From: the human T2T-CHM13v2.0 reference genome, Homo sapiens
DNA: 64,000 nt
Direction: 5' to 3' (one strand)
Assembly: GCF_009914755.1 (NCBI RefSeq)
Contig: NC_060943.1
Below are positions 18,913 through 35,902 of the stretch, piece after piece. The position numbers were made by a program, and so were the translations under genes. The notes beneath the pieces were generated by a model, which saw only the letters and a list, made by a program, of their open reading frames with translations, was not told where the DNA came from and made no database searches. Position 1 is the stretch's first letter. Every line of letters starts with the position of its first letter.

Positions 18913-18969
18913 CTTCACGGCGTAGTCGATGACCCTCTTGACAGCTACGAGCACGCGCAGCTCCGCCAT
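18913..18969 (-). CDS. ETFB: ETFB coding exon 1 (MAELRVLVAVKRVIDYAVK), electron transfer flavoprotein beta subunit
   Basis: ATG at 18969; 57 nt ending at a GT donor (18912-18911). Translation matches the known ETF-beta N-terminus and lies in a CpG island. Confidence 0.98.
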
Positions 18970-19330
18970 CTTCCCGCCGCAGCCACTTACAGGGTCAGCC
19001 CGCACCCTCAGCGGCTCAGTCCAGAAGCCCCACCACCCCCGCCCCCCGCGCCCCTCTCTGCGCCTGCGCGCAGCACGGTCAGCCAGTCAACCGCTGCAGA
19101 GCCCGCCTCCCCGACAGAGGACCAATCGAGAGGCCGGAAGGAAGGGAGGTGTGGCAAGCAATGCAAACCAATGGGAAGCGGATCTCGGGGAGCGAGCGGG
19201 ACCTGGAGAGAGAAGGAAAGGCCTGGCGGAGAGGGCAGGGCAGAGAACTAGGGGAAAGGTCGTGCACTGGAGGGAAGCGCGCCCGGAGTTTATAGATCCT
19301 CCCGGTCCTATAAACACTTCCCGGTATCCC
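18970..19330 (-). promoter_or_regulatory. ETFB 5'UTR / CpG-island promoter
   Basis: CpG-rich; GC boxes ~19036-19054, NRF1-like TGCGCCTGCGCG at 19059-19070, CCAAT at 19122 and 19168. Confidence 0.75.
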
Positions 19331-19758
19331 CGGATCTGCTCTCCCTCTCCAGATCCCCCACTTCTTCCCGGCCTCTCCAAGTCGCGGTACTCGTATTCCC
19401 ACGCCTCTGAATCCTCGCGCGTCGGTCTCTCCACTCTCTCCATCCCCGTGTTCCCTGTCCCTTCCATATCCGTATCCTCCCCTGTCCGTGTCTCTACTTC
19501 ACCTCCATGTCGTCCCCACAGCCTCTCCACACCCTCTCCAAAGGCCCACGTCCCCTCCTGGCCCCGCCCCTCCCACATGTCCCTGTTCCCATCCCAATCC
19601 ATGGAGACTTGTGTCTCCATGTCTGTGTCTCCCTGTCTCCACGTTCCCTATGAGTTCATGTCCTTATGTCTTCCCTGAGCCTCTATGCAACCCCGTGCCT
19701 GCGTCCCCACGACCCGCAGAAAAGCACGCGGAGCCGCAGCGCTAAAAAAAGCCGTTCC

Positions 19759-19764
19759 TTTATT
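19759..19764 (-). terminator. CLDND2 poly(A) signal AATAAA
   Basis: TTTATT on the + strand, 20 nt past the stop codon. Confidence 0.8.
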
Positions 19765-19784
19765 CTGCCCCAGGCAGGCTGCAG

Positions 19785-19858
19785 TCACAGACACACGGGG
19801 AATCCACTGATGGCGTCGGTGCTCTGCATGATCATGTCTGCCAGCAGAAAGCAGAAGC
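19785..19858 (-). CDS. CLDND2: CLDND2 coding exon 4 (GFCFLLADMIMQSTDAISGFPVCL*)
   Basis: 74 nt to TGA; spliced total 504 nt = 167 aa. Confidence 0.92.
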
Positions 19859-20099
19859 CTGGGGGGACGGGGGTGCGGAGCAGGGAGAGGAAGGTGGGCC
19901 CTGGGGCGGATGGCCGGGAGGGCCCCGGGGACTGGGGTTTGGGGCTCCAAGGGGGTCTCTGCCGGGTCTGCGGGAGTCGTTAGTGTGTTGGGGAGTCCCC
20001 GAGAGGTCCCCGGGGTTTCCTGGGAGGGCAGCTGGGGAGCCTCTGGGGTGAGGGTCTTCTGGGCAGTCTCCTCCACCCTCTTCCCGCTGTCCAGTTTAC

Positions 20100-20219
20100 C
20101 CGCGAGAATTGAGAAGGGTAAGGCCAGCCACCCAGAAAAATAGGACCAAGAGAAGAAGACGTTGTTCTTCCACGCATTCTTCACGGTGTAGCCTATCAAG
20201 GCGGTCAGCAGCAGCAGTC
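20100..20219 (-). CDS. CLDND2: CLDND2 coding exon 3
   Basis: 120 nt, AG/GT; contains FSWSYFSGW, the family TM4 lead-in motif. Confidence 0.93.
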
Positions 20220-20528
20220 CTGGGCCCCGCCCAGCCGCAAGATGAGCTAGCTGGGCCTGGTGGGGGCTGCACCCAGGCCACGCCCCTTCAGACCCGCCCC
20301 CTTCTATCAGACCACGCCTATCGCCTCTCAGCCCGCCCCTGGCCCAGGCCCCTTCCTGCTCCTCCCGCTCTGAACTCTGTCTCGAGCCCCGCCCACCTCT
20401 CTCGGCTTCTTCCAGCCCTGCCCCTCGGATCCTGGCCGAGTACCTCAAGCCCCTCCCCTGGCGACCAGGCCCCTCCATCACCCAGGGCCCGCCCCTGCCT
20501 GCCCGCCTGGGGCGGTCTGCAGTCTCAC

Positions 20529-20669
20529 CGCCGAGGAAGAGGAAGGCGCTCGTGGTCTGGCCCCGCAGCGACTCGCCCTCGTCGCACCGAATCCGCAGTC
20601 CCATCACCATGCCCACCACGCCGACACCCACCGCCAGCACCATGCACGCCACAGTCACCGCCAGCGTGG
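20529..20669 (-). CDS. CLDND2: CLDND2 coding exon 2
   Basis: 141 nt, AG/GT; hydrophobic TLAVTVACMVLAVGVGVVGMVMG. Confidence 0.93.
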
Positions 20670-21051
20670 CTGGGGAGAGCGGGCGCATCAGCCCCCGCGG
20701 GCGCCGCCCCAGTCACTACGGGTTCGGCCGCAACCGGAAGCTCTCCCGTCTCCTGCCCCCAACCCGGTGTGTGGCCAGGAGCCGAGCTCCACCGACCGGG
20801 AGTCAGGCGTTTGGATTGAGACTTGGAGGTCACATCAGGACCTGCGGTTACTGCCGCTACCAGGACGGGGAGGGGGTCGGGGACAAGCCCACAAGTCGAG
20901 GGGCGGGGTTCGTGGCGGCCTCGGCCGACAAGGGACAGCTGCAACTGAGCCCGGGGTGGAAGGGGTGGGCGTCTCGCCATGGGCCCAGCTGTGTGTCCCG
21001 AGCCCTGGGGGTCTGAAATGCCCTCTGACATCTGGGCGGGCGGAGCCTCAC

Positions 21052-21220
21052 TCTGGCAGGGGATGCTGGAGCAGATGCCGTGGTTGCATTCCTGCCACAG
21101 GCCACTGTGGCCCTCTTGTTGGCGGGTCCAGTAGTTGGTGGCCGTGGAGAGCACCATGAGGACGTTGGCCACGAGGCTGAGCAGAATGCCCCCACTCTGG
21201 AGGCTCCGCTTCACCCCCAT
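21052..21220 (-). CDS. CLDND2: CLDND2 coding exon 1 (MGVKRSLQSGG...GLWQECNHGICSSIPCQ)
   Basis: ATG at 21220, 169 nt, phase-1 GT donor; W-GLW-C-C claudin/PMP22 loop motif. Confidence 0.95.
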
Positions 21221-21714
21221 GCCACTGAGGCTGCAGCCGGGGGCCACAAGGGCAGGATGGGCCCAGGCCTTTCCTACCCCGAGGCCCCCAGCTGAGGAGC
21301 CCGCTTCCTCCACACTCCTCCCCTGGTACTCCTGCCTGAGGTCCCTGCTTCTGGGGACCTGGAGACCCCCCTCCCTCAACAACCCTGCCTGAGGATCCAC
21401 AACCTCCTCCCTCCAGACCTCGTTCCCCTTACTGGAGACCTTGAGACTTCCCCTGAGAGGCCTCTGAGACCTTCACCACAGGCTTTGCTGTGAGGAACCT
21501 GTCTTCCCAGAGACCTCCCCCGACAGCCGAACGCCCTTTCAGCCCAGCCTGTTCAATGTCCTCCCCAGACACCCCTCCACACAGGCCCACCTAAGTGACT
21601 CACACCCAGTGCCCTAGGGCTCCTTAGACACAGAGCCCAGAGAGACGGGGGGAGGGAGGCTGGGTCTCTGTGAGGCCAGGGGTTCCAGAACCCCCTCCCC
21701 CAGTGGCTGTTTAA

Positions 21715-22119
<405 letters not shown>

Positions 22120-22222
22120 TGAGCCATCTCTCTCTCCCAGGCTGGAGTGCAGTGGCACCATCACAGCTCACTGCAGCCTTGAACTCCTGGGCTCAAGGAA
22201 ACCTCCTGCCTCGGCCTCCTGA

Positions 22223-22465
<243 letters not shown>

Positions 22466-22607
22466 TAGGAGGCCGAGGCGGGCAGATCACCTGAAGTCAG
22501 GGGTTTGAGACAAGCCTGACCAACATGGCAAAACCCCGTCTCTACTAAAAATACAAAAATTAGCCAGGCTAGCCGGGGGTGATGGCAGGTGCCTATAATC
22601 CCAGCTA

Positions 22608-23071
<464 letters not shown>

Positions 23072-24417
23072 TCAGTGCTCCTTAATGCTCCATCCAAAAC
23101 TCCATCTCCAACCCAAGGTCTCTCCCCTGAGCCTGACTCAAGTTCTCACCTGCTCCTGGCTGCCCCTCAGGGCCTTAATAGTCAACCATATTCCAACTGA
23201 GCTTAGTGTCTTCCACCATATTAGGGATGGCCCTGCCATCCCATCCAGTTCATCGAGCCAGACCCTTGGGCACTGTCCTCACCTTCTTCTTGCCCTTCAC
23301 CCTGAAAAGCCTTGGGTCCCTAAGTCCTGCTCCTCCTGCCCCTGAATCTGTCTGGCTCATTCCCTCCTTTCCTGGTCCCAGGTCAGGCCTCATCATGTCC
23401 CACCTATTGCATTGCCAAGTTCCTCCCTCACCTTCTGGCCTCCCCTCCATGTCTACAGGGGGGTCTTTCTGGCACCCAGAGCTGACACTGTCCCTCCCCT
23501 GCCCACAATTTTTCTCCCAACTCCCCATCATGTTCAAGAGAAAGTCCAGCATGACATTAGAGGCCACAGCCCCCACCTGCCTCTCCCTCTTCATTTTCCA
23601 TCCCCCGCCCCCCACATTCTATATCCTGACCCTAAATTACCGATCTTCATCCCCACAAGACTCCTGACTTTTCTGCACGTTCATCTTTGGGCCCCTCTGC
23701 CTGGATATTACCTTTCCCTGGCCCTTAAGAAGCTCCTAAATGTTCTCTCTCCAGAAAAGTCGTCTCCATCCCTCCACAATATGGTCAGTCTTTTTCCGGC
23801 ATTCTCCCTGCACTGGGACTGCTGTCTGGCCTGTATTAACTGCTTCTGGTCTGTAAGTGCCTCCTCCCCACCACCCCACAGACTGAGCCCCTGCTGGGCA
23901 GGGCCTGGGTCTGACCCGTGCCAGTGTCCCCAGCATGGGGAAATGTGCAAAGAGAACTGACTGAGTGCAAGGAAGGGCTGAGTTCTGGCAAGGGGGACAA
24001 AATCAGAGAGGGAGAGAGAAGGAAAGAGAGCCAGCTAAAGGGAGAAAGACACAGGGAGGAAGAAAAGTGCTGGAGAAGGGGAGACATAGACACGGGTTGG
24101 AGCCTGTGTCCACACGGGCCGGGCACTCGTACTGGGCAGGAGCGCCCTGCAGGCTGGTCGGCCTGGTGGGCCCTCACCTTCCCTTGGTGCCCAGCTCCTA
24201 CCATGGAGCTGGCAGACAGTTGGCTTATGTCTTGGCAGAATTAATCTCAAAATAACCAGATTCCAGCCAAATTTTGTTGAATGAATGAAGAAACAAGAGG
24301 AGGGGCTGGGGAAGGGCTGGAAGGGCGGGCAGATGTGGGACCAGACTTTCCCGAGGCTCCAGATGAGGCCTTTGGAATACAACGCTCAAAACTCATCTTG
24401 CCGCTCTTGCCTTCTGC

Positions 24418-24476
24418 TCACAAGGTTTCATAGCCAGGACGGGGACCGCCACAGTGAGCACCCAGGCTCAGGGCAC
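24418..24476 (-). CDS. NKG7: NKG7 coding exon 4 (GALSLGAHCGGPRPGYETL*)
   Basis: 59 nt to TGA; total 498 nt = 165 aa; ends in a GYxxL lysosomal-sorting motif. Confidence 0.96.
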
Positions 24477-24580
24477 CTGGGGAGCCAGAAAGAGTTTAAG
24501 CACTTGCCCCTGCCCTCTGTCCTCAGGGACCCCAACTGGACCCTCCCAAAGCTCCCCAGGGCAGTGGGCAGGATAGTCAC

Positions 24581-24715
24581 CTGTACAGAGCAAGAGGATA
24601 GCTGAGACCCAGCCCAGGTAGAAGGACCAGGAGAAGAAGGTCTGGATCTGGGGGTGTGGAGGCTGGTCCCACCGCTCGCTGGTGTACACCGCCATGGCCA
24701 CCACCATGGAGATGG
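24581..24715 (-). CDS. NKG7: NKG7 coding exon 3
   Basis: 135 nt, AG/GT; FSWSFYLGW motif. Confidence 0.96.
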
Positions 24716-24801
24716 CTGGGGACAAGGACAAGAGAGATGGCTCAGCTCCTCGGCAGGAATTCGCTGGCTCGCGATGCCCCAGTCCAGTCCAGAGTCCTTA
24801 C

Positions 24802-24948
24802 CTGCAGCAAAGGCTGCGGTGGTTGAGACAAGCGGGCCGTGGCCTGGGGGGAACAGTGAGGGGAAGCAGGACAGGACCAGGAAGCTCACGGACACCAGGG
24901 CCCACAGAACAGCCATAATGCTGAAGGTCTGCGTCACGTGGATGTAGC
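24802..24948 (-). CDS. NKG7: NKG7 coding exon 2
   Basis: 147 nt, AG/GT; YIHVTQTFSIMAVLW. Confidence 0.96.
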
Positions 24949-25019
24949 CTGATCGGGAGAAGACCACTGAGCACCCATCCCCGCTGGCAACCCCTCTGTA
25001 GGACACCCATTCCCCTTAC

Positions 25020-25176
25020 CTGATATGATGTCCCCATGCCCTGTTGGCCAGAGGCCCGAGTGAGCTGAGTGGGTGGGACCCACAGCCTCAAACCAGAAAT
25101 CGGTGCTCAAAGCAATCAGGCAGAACATCAGGCCCAGGGAGCCCCCCAGCAGGGCCAGGGACCGGCAGAGCTCCAT
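25020..25176 (-). CDS. NKG7: NKG7 coding exon 1 (MELCRSLALLGG...HSGLWPTGHGDIIS)
   Basis: ATG at 25176, 157 nt, phase-1 donor. Confidence 0.97.
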
Positions 25177-26227
25177 GGGGATAAGCTCAGGGCTTCTGGG
25201 TCCTGGAGGAGGAAGAGGCTGCTGATCAGACTCTTGAATCTCAGAGAGAAGGAGGCTGTGCACCCAGACTCCTGGGTCCTTAGAGCCCAAGAAAGAGAGA
25301 ACAGCAAGCAGTTGGGGCAGTGAGGGGTCCTGCGCTTTGTCACATGAGGCTGGTTTGGTTTCACACAGTTCCCGGTAGCTTTTCACATACCCTCCCTTCC
25401 TGGATTGCACAGGCAACGTCCTCCCTCCCCTCCCTGGGGTCCAGTTCCCCGCTTAGTGTGTGATGGGGGAGGGCACTGAGGGTGTCAGATCATCAGTGGT
25501 TTGGGCGGTGGTTTAGTACTTGCCTCTGTCACAGATTCTACAACTCCCACCCATGGAACCTTCAACACCAAGTCGGGGCTTCCTGGAAGAGGTGAGAGAG
25601 AGAGGCTTGGGGGCCCTGAGGTGGGAGGAAGCCAATCAGGCTAGGGTGTACATTAAGGGGGAGGGCAGATGTGGCTGGAGGGGACAGCTGGGGATGTGTC
25701 ATGCTTTCCTGTGGGTTATGCAGTCTTCCATTCTGGGAGAGGAAGTCCCCAAGTCTAGGGTCTCTACTGAAGGAGGGGACTTGGGAGTTAGAACTCCTGG
25801 GGCTTAAGGAGGAAGGAGCTGGGGGCCTGAACTCCAGGTCCTGAGGGAGGAAGAGGCGGGCAGGAGCTCAGAATCCTGGGCCCCAGTTTGGAGCATATGC
25901 CAAGGGCAGGCAAACAGCAGAGAATCACAATTCTGAAAGGTTTGCAGAGAGTCAGACATACCCACATCCTCATCTGATTAATGAGTTCAGTGGCATCCCT
26001 GCTTGGGTGGGGGCTCCAGCCTGGTGGCCTTTATCACCAGGATCGGGGGGCCTAGGGGGTGTTGGGGGACATAAGGATTTTGGTTTAGGGTTCTCCAGCC
26101 CCCCAAACGCTAGCCTCTTCCATCCACACCATCAGGTCCTGGCAACACCTCATCTACGAGCAGGTATAAGGTGACGGTACCACAGCCCAGGTAGAAGGCC
26201 CAGGAAAACTTGACCTCTGTGAAACGG

Positions 26228-26933
<706 letters not shown>

Positions 26934-27229
26934 TAGGGAGTAGTCTGGAAGAGGACCTCTGTCTTGGAGATGAACTGGTCCAGCAGTCCCAGGACAGCTG
27001 GCAAATGTGGAGAATGGGAAATGACCTGGAAGACTGGTTCCTCTCCTTTATTGGAGAGACTCAGATCGGCAGCCCCCATCCTTCACTCAGATCTGCACCA
27101 CTCTGAGAACACATTTATGAGCACAGGCTCCCAGAGGTGGCAGAGGCCATGAGCAGGCCAGGTCTCCGGAAAACCTGCCATGGTGTGCAGTGAGTAGCAG
27201 GTCAGAGCACACAGCCTATCTATCTGTGA

Positions 27230-27712
27230 CCCTGACCCCCTCCCAAACCCAAAGCCATCCTTAACCCCAAACCCAACTCCATCCCCAAACTCAGTATCAA
27301 GCCCAGTTCCAACCACAAATTCAACCCATCCCTATCCCCAAAGTTAACCCTATTCCCATTCCTGAACACAACTCCATACCCAATCCCATCCCTATTCGTA
27401 ATCTCCACCCTAGCTCCAACCCCCATCCTCAAATAGAACTCCATTCTCAGTCCCAACTACACACTCAACCCCATCCCCCGATTCGCCCCATCCCCAAACC
27501 TAGCGTCATTCTAATTCCCAAACTCAACATCATCCTTATTCCCAGTTCCAACCCTTAAACCCTTCCCACCCTCAAATCTAACTCCATTCTCATTCTGAAA
27601 CCCCACCCTATCTCCAAACCAAACCCCTCTCCATTATTAACCCCAGCCCCTACTCCAAACCCAACCCCATCCTCTTCCTGAAACTTGACCCTATTCTCAT
27701 TCCCATCCCAAC
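27230..27712 (+). repeat. Degenerate C-rich hexamer (AACCCC/ATCCCC-like) low-complexity tract
   Basis: 6-nt periodicity; similar tracts on the other strand at ~33340-33470, ~34900-35040 and ~41050-41400. Confidence 0.75.
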
Positions 27713-28328
27713 CCTTTTTTTTTTTTTGAGATGGAGTCTCACTCTGTCACCCAGGCTGGAGTACAGTGGCATGATCTTGGCTCACTGCAACCTCCGCCTC
27801 CTGGGTTTAAGTGATTCCTGTGCCTCAGCCTCCTGAGTAGCTGGGGTTATGGTTGTACGCCACCACACCAGGCTAATTTTTTTTTTTTTTGTATTTTTAG
27901 TAGAAATGGGGTTTTGCCATGTTGGCCAGGCTGGTCTTGAACTCCTGACCTCAGGTGATCCACCTGCCTCAGCCTCCCACAGTGCTGAGATTACAGGAGT
28001 GAGCCACTGCGCCCAGCCACTGTCTTTTCATTCTTCTCTGCAACCTCTATAATTCATACCTAACTCCGACCATTTTCATTCTCCTTTCACCTCCAGGTCC
28101 AAGCCTATAACCTCATTTCTCATCTCCCCAAGTGGGTCCCACTACCACCACCATCACACCCATGCATGCATGCATACACAGAGGTGACCTGTACCTGGCT
28201 CCAGTGAGTCTCTGCACATGTAGGTATCACAGGCTGATCACAGGCCCAGGCCCTCTGACAGACACCACAAGCCAGTAAGAGCGGGTGAGTGAAGGTCATC
28301 TTTTTTTTTTTTTTTTTTTTTTTTTTGA

Positions 28329-28433
<105 letters not shown>

Positions 28434-28764
28434 TAAGTAACTAGGATTACAGGCATGCGCCACCATGCCCGGCTGACTTTCTATTTTTAGTAGAGACGGG
28501 GTTTCTCCACGTTGGTCAGGCTGGTCTTGAACTCCTGACCTCAGGTGATCCACCTGCTTCAGCCTCCCAAAGTGCTGGAATTACAGGCGTGAGTGACCGC
28601 ACCCAGCCAGCCAAGACCATCTCTTAAGAGCACAAAGGCAAGGCAGCTGGGGCCTTGAAGACAGAATTGCTCGCAGGATCTCCAGCAGCTTTCTCAACCA
28701 GATGTGGTCTGTGGTTGCCAGAGGAAAACCCCAGGCCTCCTTCTGAAGCTTTTCCTGAGAGCTC

Positions 28765-29654
<890 letters not shown>

Positions 29655-29796
29655 GCTCACGTCGCCTGCTTGGCCACTTGGTTTTCTTAGGTCTCTGTCA
29701 GTCTTGTCTAAGCACTGTCAGTGTTTTTGAATCACCCAGGTCTCTTCCAACTTTCTCCAGCCCCTTCCAACCTCTCCCGGGCTTGAAAGCTCCTCA

Positions 29797-30003
<207 letters not shown>

Positions 30004-32017
30004 TTAAAAAGACTAATCCTCAATTAACCTACGTTCTATTAAAGAAATGAATGCTAATGGTAAACAGTTATTATGGAAGGCATCATCATTTCTATTGAGG
30101 TGCACTCTAGTCATAATATTTAATGGCTATTATAATGATAAAAAGATATTAAATCTCAGTATCATTAGAGTACATTTCAATAAATAATACTTTATGTAAG
30201 TCAATAAACAGCACTTACTTTATGTAAGTCAGTTGGCCTGAATAAAGATTTATTGTTCAACAAATGTTCTTTTGAGTGATTACCATGTGCCAGGTGCTGT
30301 CTTTGAGGATTTACAGGAAACCAAAAGCAGACACAGGCCAGCTGGGGTGGCTCACGCATGTGATCCCAGCACTTCGGGAGGCCAAGGTGGGAGGATCACT
30401 TGAGACCAGTAGACAGAGACCAGTCTAGGCAACATAAGGAGACCCCATCTCTACAAAAAATTAAAAAATTACCCAGGCATAGTGGGTGGTGCATGCCTGT
30501 AGTCTTAGCTGCTCAGGAGGCTGAGGTGGGAGGCTCAGTTGAGCGTGGGAGGTGGAGGCTGCAGTGAGCTGTGATCACGCCACTGCATTGTAGCCTGGGC
30601 AAGAGTGAGACCCTGTCTCAAAAAAAAAAAAAAAAAAAGCCAACATTGAATCCCAAAGTTGTTGGCTTGAGTAGCTGGATAAAAATGGGGTTGTTTGGCC
30701 GGGCGTGGTGGCTCACACCTGTAATCCCAGCACTTTGGGAGGCCGAGGCGGGCGGATCACGAGGTCAGGAGTTTGAGACTAGCCTGGCCAACATGGTGAA
30801 ACCCCGTCTCCACTAAAAATACAAAAATTAGCTGGGCGTGGTGGCAGACGCCTGTAATCCCAGCTACTTGGGAGGCTGAGGCAGGAGAATCACTTGAACC
30901 CAGGAGGGGAGGCGGAGGTTGCAGTGAGCCGAGATTGCACCACTGCACTCCAGCCTGGGCAACAGGGTGAGACTCCATCTCAAAAAAACAAATAAGTAAA
31001 ATAAAAAATGGGGTTGCCATTTCCTAAGATGGGGAAGACCATGGGAGGAACACATAGGCTGTGTGTGAGATCAGGAACTTATTTTTGGATATGTGAGATT
31101 GGAGATGCCTCTTCTTTTCAAGTGGGAATGTTGAGTAAGTAAGTTGAGCAGGTAAGTTGGAGTCCTGAGTCTGGAGTCATAATTATATCATTATTATTGC
31201 TAGAGTAAGCCCCTATAAATATGATTACTAGAATAAGTCTCGGCAAATATTTCTATTTAAATAGGCCTCAATAAATTATTAGAGAAATCTTCAATTGTCA
31301 TTATTATTAGAGAAAACCTCTATAAATACAGTATTTTTATTTGAGGAGGCCCCAGTAAATATTATTTTAGGGAATAAGCCTCTATAAACATAACATTTAT
31401 TAGCATAGCTGTAGTAAATAGTCTGATTAGAATCAGCCTTATGAAATAGTCTTATGATAGACATCAGTAAATCTCATGGCAGTTAGCAACTATTTATTTT
31501 CTTTTTCTTTTTCTTTTTTATTTTGAGACATAGTCTTACTCTCGCTCAGGCTGGAGTGCAGTGGTGCTATCACAGCTCACTGCAACCTCCGTCTCCTCGG
31601 ACTCCAGCGACCCTCCCACCTCAGCCTCCTGAGTAGCTGGGACAGGCACACACCAACATGCCCAGCTAATTTTTTTTTTTTTTTTTTTTTTGTAGAGATG
31701 GGGTTTTCTCATGTTGCCTGGGGGACTCCTGGGCTTGAGCAATCCACCTGCCTTGGTTTTCCAAAGTGCTGGGATTACCGGTGTGAGACACCACACCCAG
31801 CCAGCATCAATTAATAGAATGAATTACTAATGAGTGAATGAAGAGAAGATCACGGTCATGAATGGTGTGTGAAGAGCAGGTGCCGGAGGTAAGGCTCAGG
31901 GTTCTGGTGTTTCCTTTGAAGGGACGCATCAGGGGAGGAGAGAGGAGGCTGGGGAGAGCCAACTGGAGGCGGGGTGGGCAGGGAGTTTTTTCAGAGATCT
32001 TTTCATTTGTCCGATTA

Positions 32018-32422
<405 letters not shown>

Positions 32423-32554
32423 TCAAAACAATGAAGACAACAACCACAAGAAAAACACACAAAAAAGCACCCCTGCCCACACCCACCACCCTTACAGCTG
32501 TTTCTCCCCATCCTAGTCCCTCAAGGATTAACACTTTAGTAGTTTCACATCAGT

Positions 32555-32560
32555 TTTATT
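32555..32560 (-). terminator. LIM2 poly(A) signal AATAAA
   Basis: TTTATT on the + strand, ~270 nt past the LIM2 stop. Confidence 0.75.
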
Positions 32561-32831
32561 AGGCCCCAGAAAGTTGCTCTAATGGATAGTCCATTTTTCT
32601 AACAACCTGCCAGGCAGACGGGGACTTGAGTCTTCTCAGCTCCCTCCCATGGGCCCTATTCTTCCTCCTTCCAGCCTAGGACCAGGAGTCAGCCTCCCCC
32701 CACAAACCCACAGTCCAGAACTGAGCCCCCTCATTCCCCTAGGAACCAGGATTTCAGGCCTCTAGACCCTCCTCCTCCTCTTCAGTGGCCTCACTTTAAC
32801 TTCCAGATGAAGTTGGGGGACACATTTGGGC

Positions 32832-32893
32832 TCAGCGGGGTGTAGACAGGCGCCGGCATTCATGCACCCGGTAGGCGCACATGTAGAAAATCC
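32832..32893 (-). CDS. LIM2: LIM2 last coding exon (GIFYMCAYRVHECRRLSTPR*)
   Basis: 62 nt to TGA; total 522 nt = 173 aa (lens MP20). Confidence 0.96.
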
Positions 32894-33135
32894 CTGCATG
32901 AGAAGAAGTTCAAATTCACCCCCTCAAACCTCCCCCAGCTCCATTTCCACCCCAAGAGAGCCCAACACCCTACTCTCTTTCTCCCTGGGTATCCCCGACC
33001 CCAGACTCCATAGGCCTGGAGTCTTCCTCCTGACCCAGTGCTGTGGGACTCATGTGGGACACCCTGTCATCTTCCACTCTATCTGCTGCCCACTCTGCCC
33101 CAGACACTGACCTTCCCACCCCTTGCCCCCAGTAC

Positions 33136-33270
33136 CTGCGAAGAACGTCATGAGCACTGCCACCCAGCCCAGGATGTAGGACCAGGAAAAGCGCCAGTCC
33201 CCAAAGCGGCGGCCCAGGAAGCTGACGGTGACTCCAGTGTAGATGGCCAAGGCCAACACGACGAAAAGGG
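33136..33270 (-). CDS. LIM2: LIM2 coding exon 3
   Basis: 135 nt, AG/GT; WRFSWSYILGW. Confidence 0.96.
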
Positions 33271-33479
33271 CTGGGGAGAGAGGGCGGGAGGATGCAGGTG
33301 GGACTAAGGCTGGGTGTGATTTTGGAGGTGGGCAGAGAGCTGATGATGGGGGTGGGAACTAAGATTGGGGAAAGGGGTGGAAATGGGTTGGGGGTGGGGA
33401 TAGGAGTGAGGATAGGGGTTGAGTTGAAATTAGGGGTAAAGATGATTGGGGGATAGGTTTGGGATGGGGTTGGACACGC

Positions 33480-34868
<1,389 letters not shown>

Positions 34869-35048
34869 AGAATAGACTGGAACTAGAAATAGTCATGAGG
34901 TTGGTTTTGAGTGTGGGGATGGGATTAGGGTGGGGTGGGGTTGAGTGTGAGGAGGAGTAAGGGGTGAGAATGGTGTTGAGGGGTGGGGACAGATTGGGGT
35001 TTGAGATGAGAGCGAGGAGAGGGGTAGGGAGAGGGTGGGCTTACTCAC

Positions 35049-35198
35049 TTGAGGAAAAAAACATGATGCCAGCAGAGAAGGGCCGGGAGATGCGGGAGAA
35101 GGTAGGCTGATGAGCGAAGGCCATGATGCCCATGATGATGCCGGAGATGGCGCATAGGGCAGACAGGATCATGAAGGCCCGGGTGGCATTCCAGTATG
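35049..35198 (-). CDS. LIM2: LIM2 coding exon 2 (AYWNATRAFMILSALCAISGIIMG...)
   Basis: 150 nt, AG/GT boundaries, phase 1. Confidence 0.96.
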
Positions 35199-35593
35199 CT
35201 GTGGGAGCACCCCATGGTCATTCCCACACCTCCCCTGCTCTAAGTGAGAGATGCTGCTACCTCTGAGATGAAAATGCCTTGCCCCTTTCCATATCCCTAA
35301 CCCAGCTCATCCTTCCCTTCTTTGCAAATGCCCTCTTCTTCACCTGGCAAACTCCTACTCATCCTCCAAAGCACAGCTCCCGTGACCCATCCTCTAGGAA
35401 GCATCTCCCCACCCCTCAGTCATCATCTTCACCCACGGCTAAGGGTTGTGACTCTCTTTGTCTGTCTCCCCCTCCAGCCTGATTGCTCCTTGAAGACAGG
35501 CGGTGGGTTGGTTCTGTGTCATAAACACCCCCACCACACATTTGGTTTGCATTCTGGCCTTGGGAAATGTTTGTTGAATGAATGAATGAATGA

Positions 35594-35902
<309 letters not shown>

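Noticed and set aside
18929-19678. 249-aa + strand ORF at the ETFB promoter
   Set aside because: Pro/Ser-rich open frame typical of CpG islands and C-rich low-complexity DNA; no homology recognised.
19648-21400. 346-aa and 291-aa ORFs as novel genes
   Set aside because: They are CLDND2 exons read through GC-rich introns; the spliced 167-aa product explains them.
27085-27225. Candidate exon 2 of the tetraspan pseudogene (…FRRPGLLMASATSG…)
   Set aside because: Position fits, but I found no convincing splice sites or motif, so it is left unassigned.
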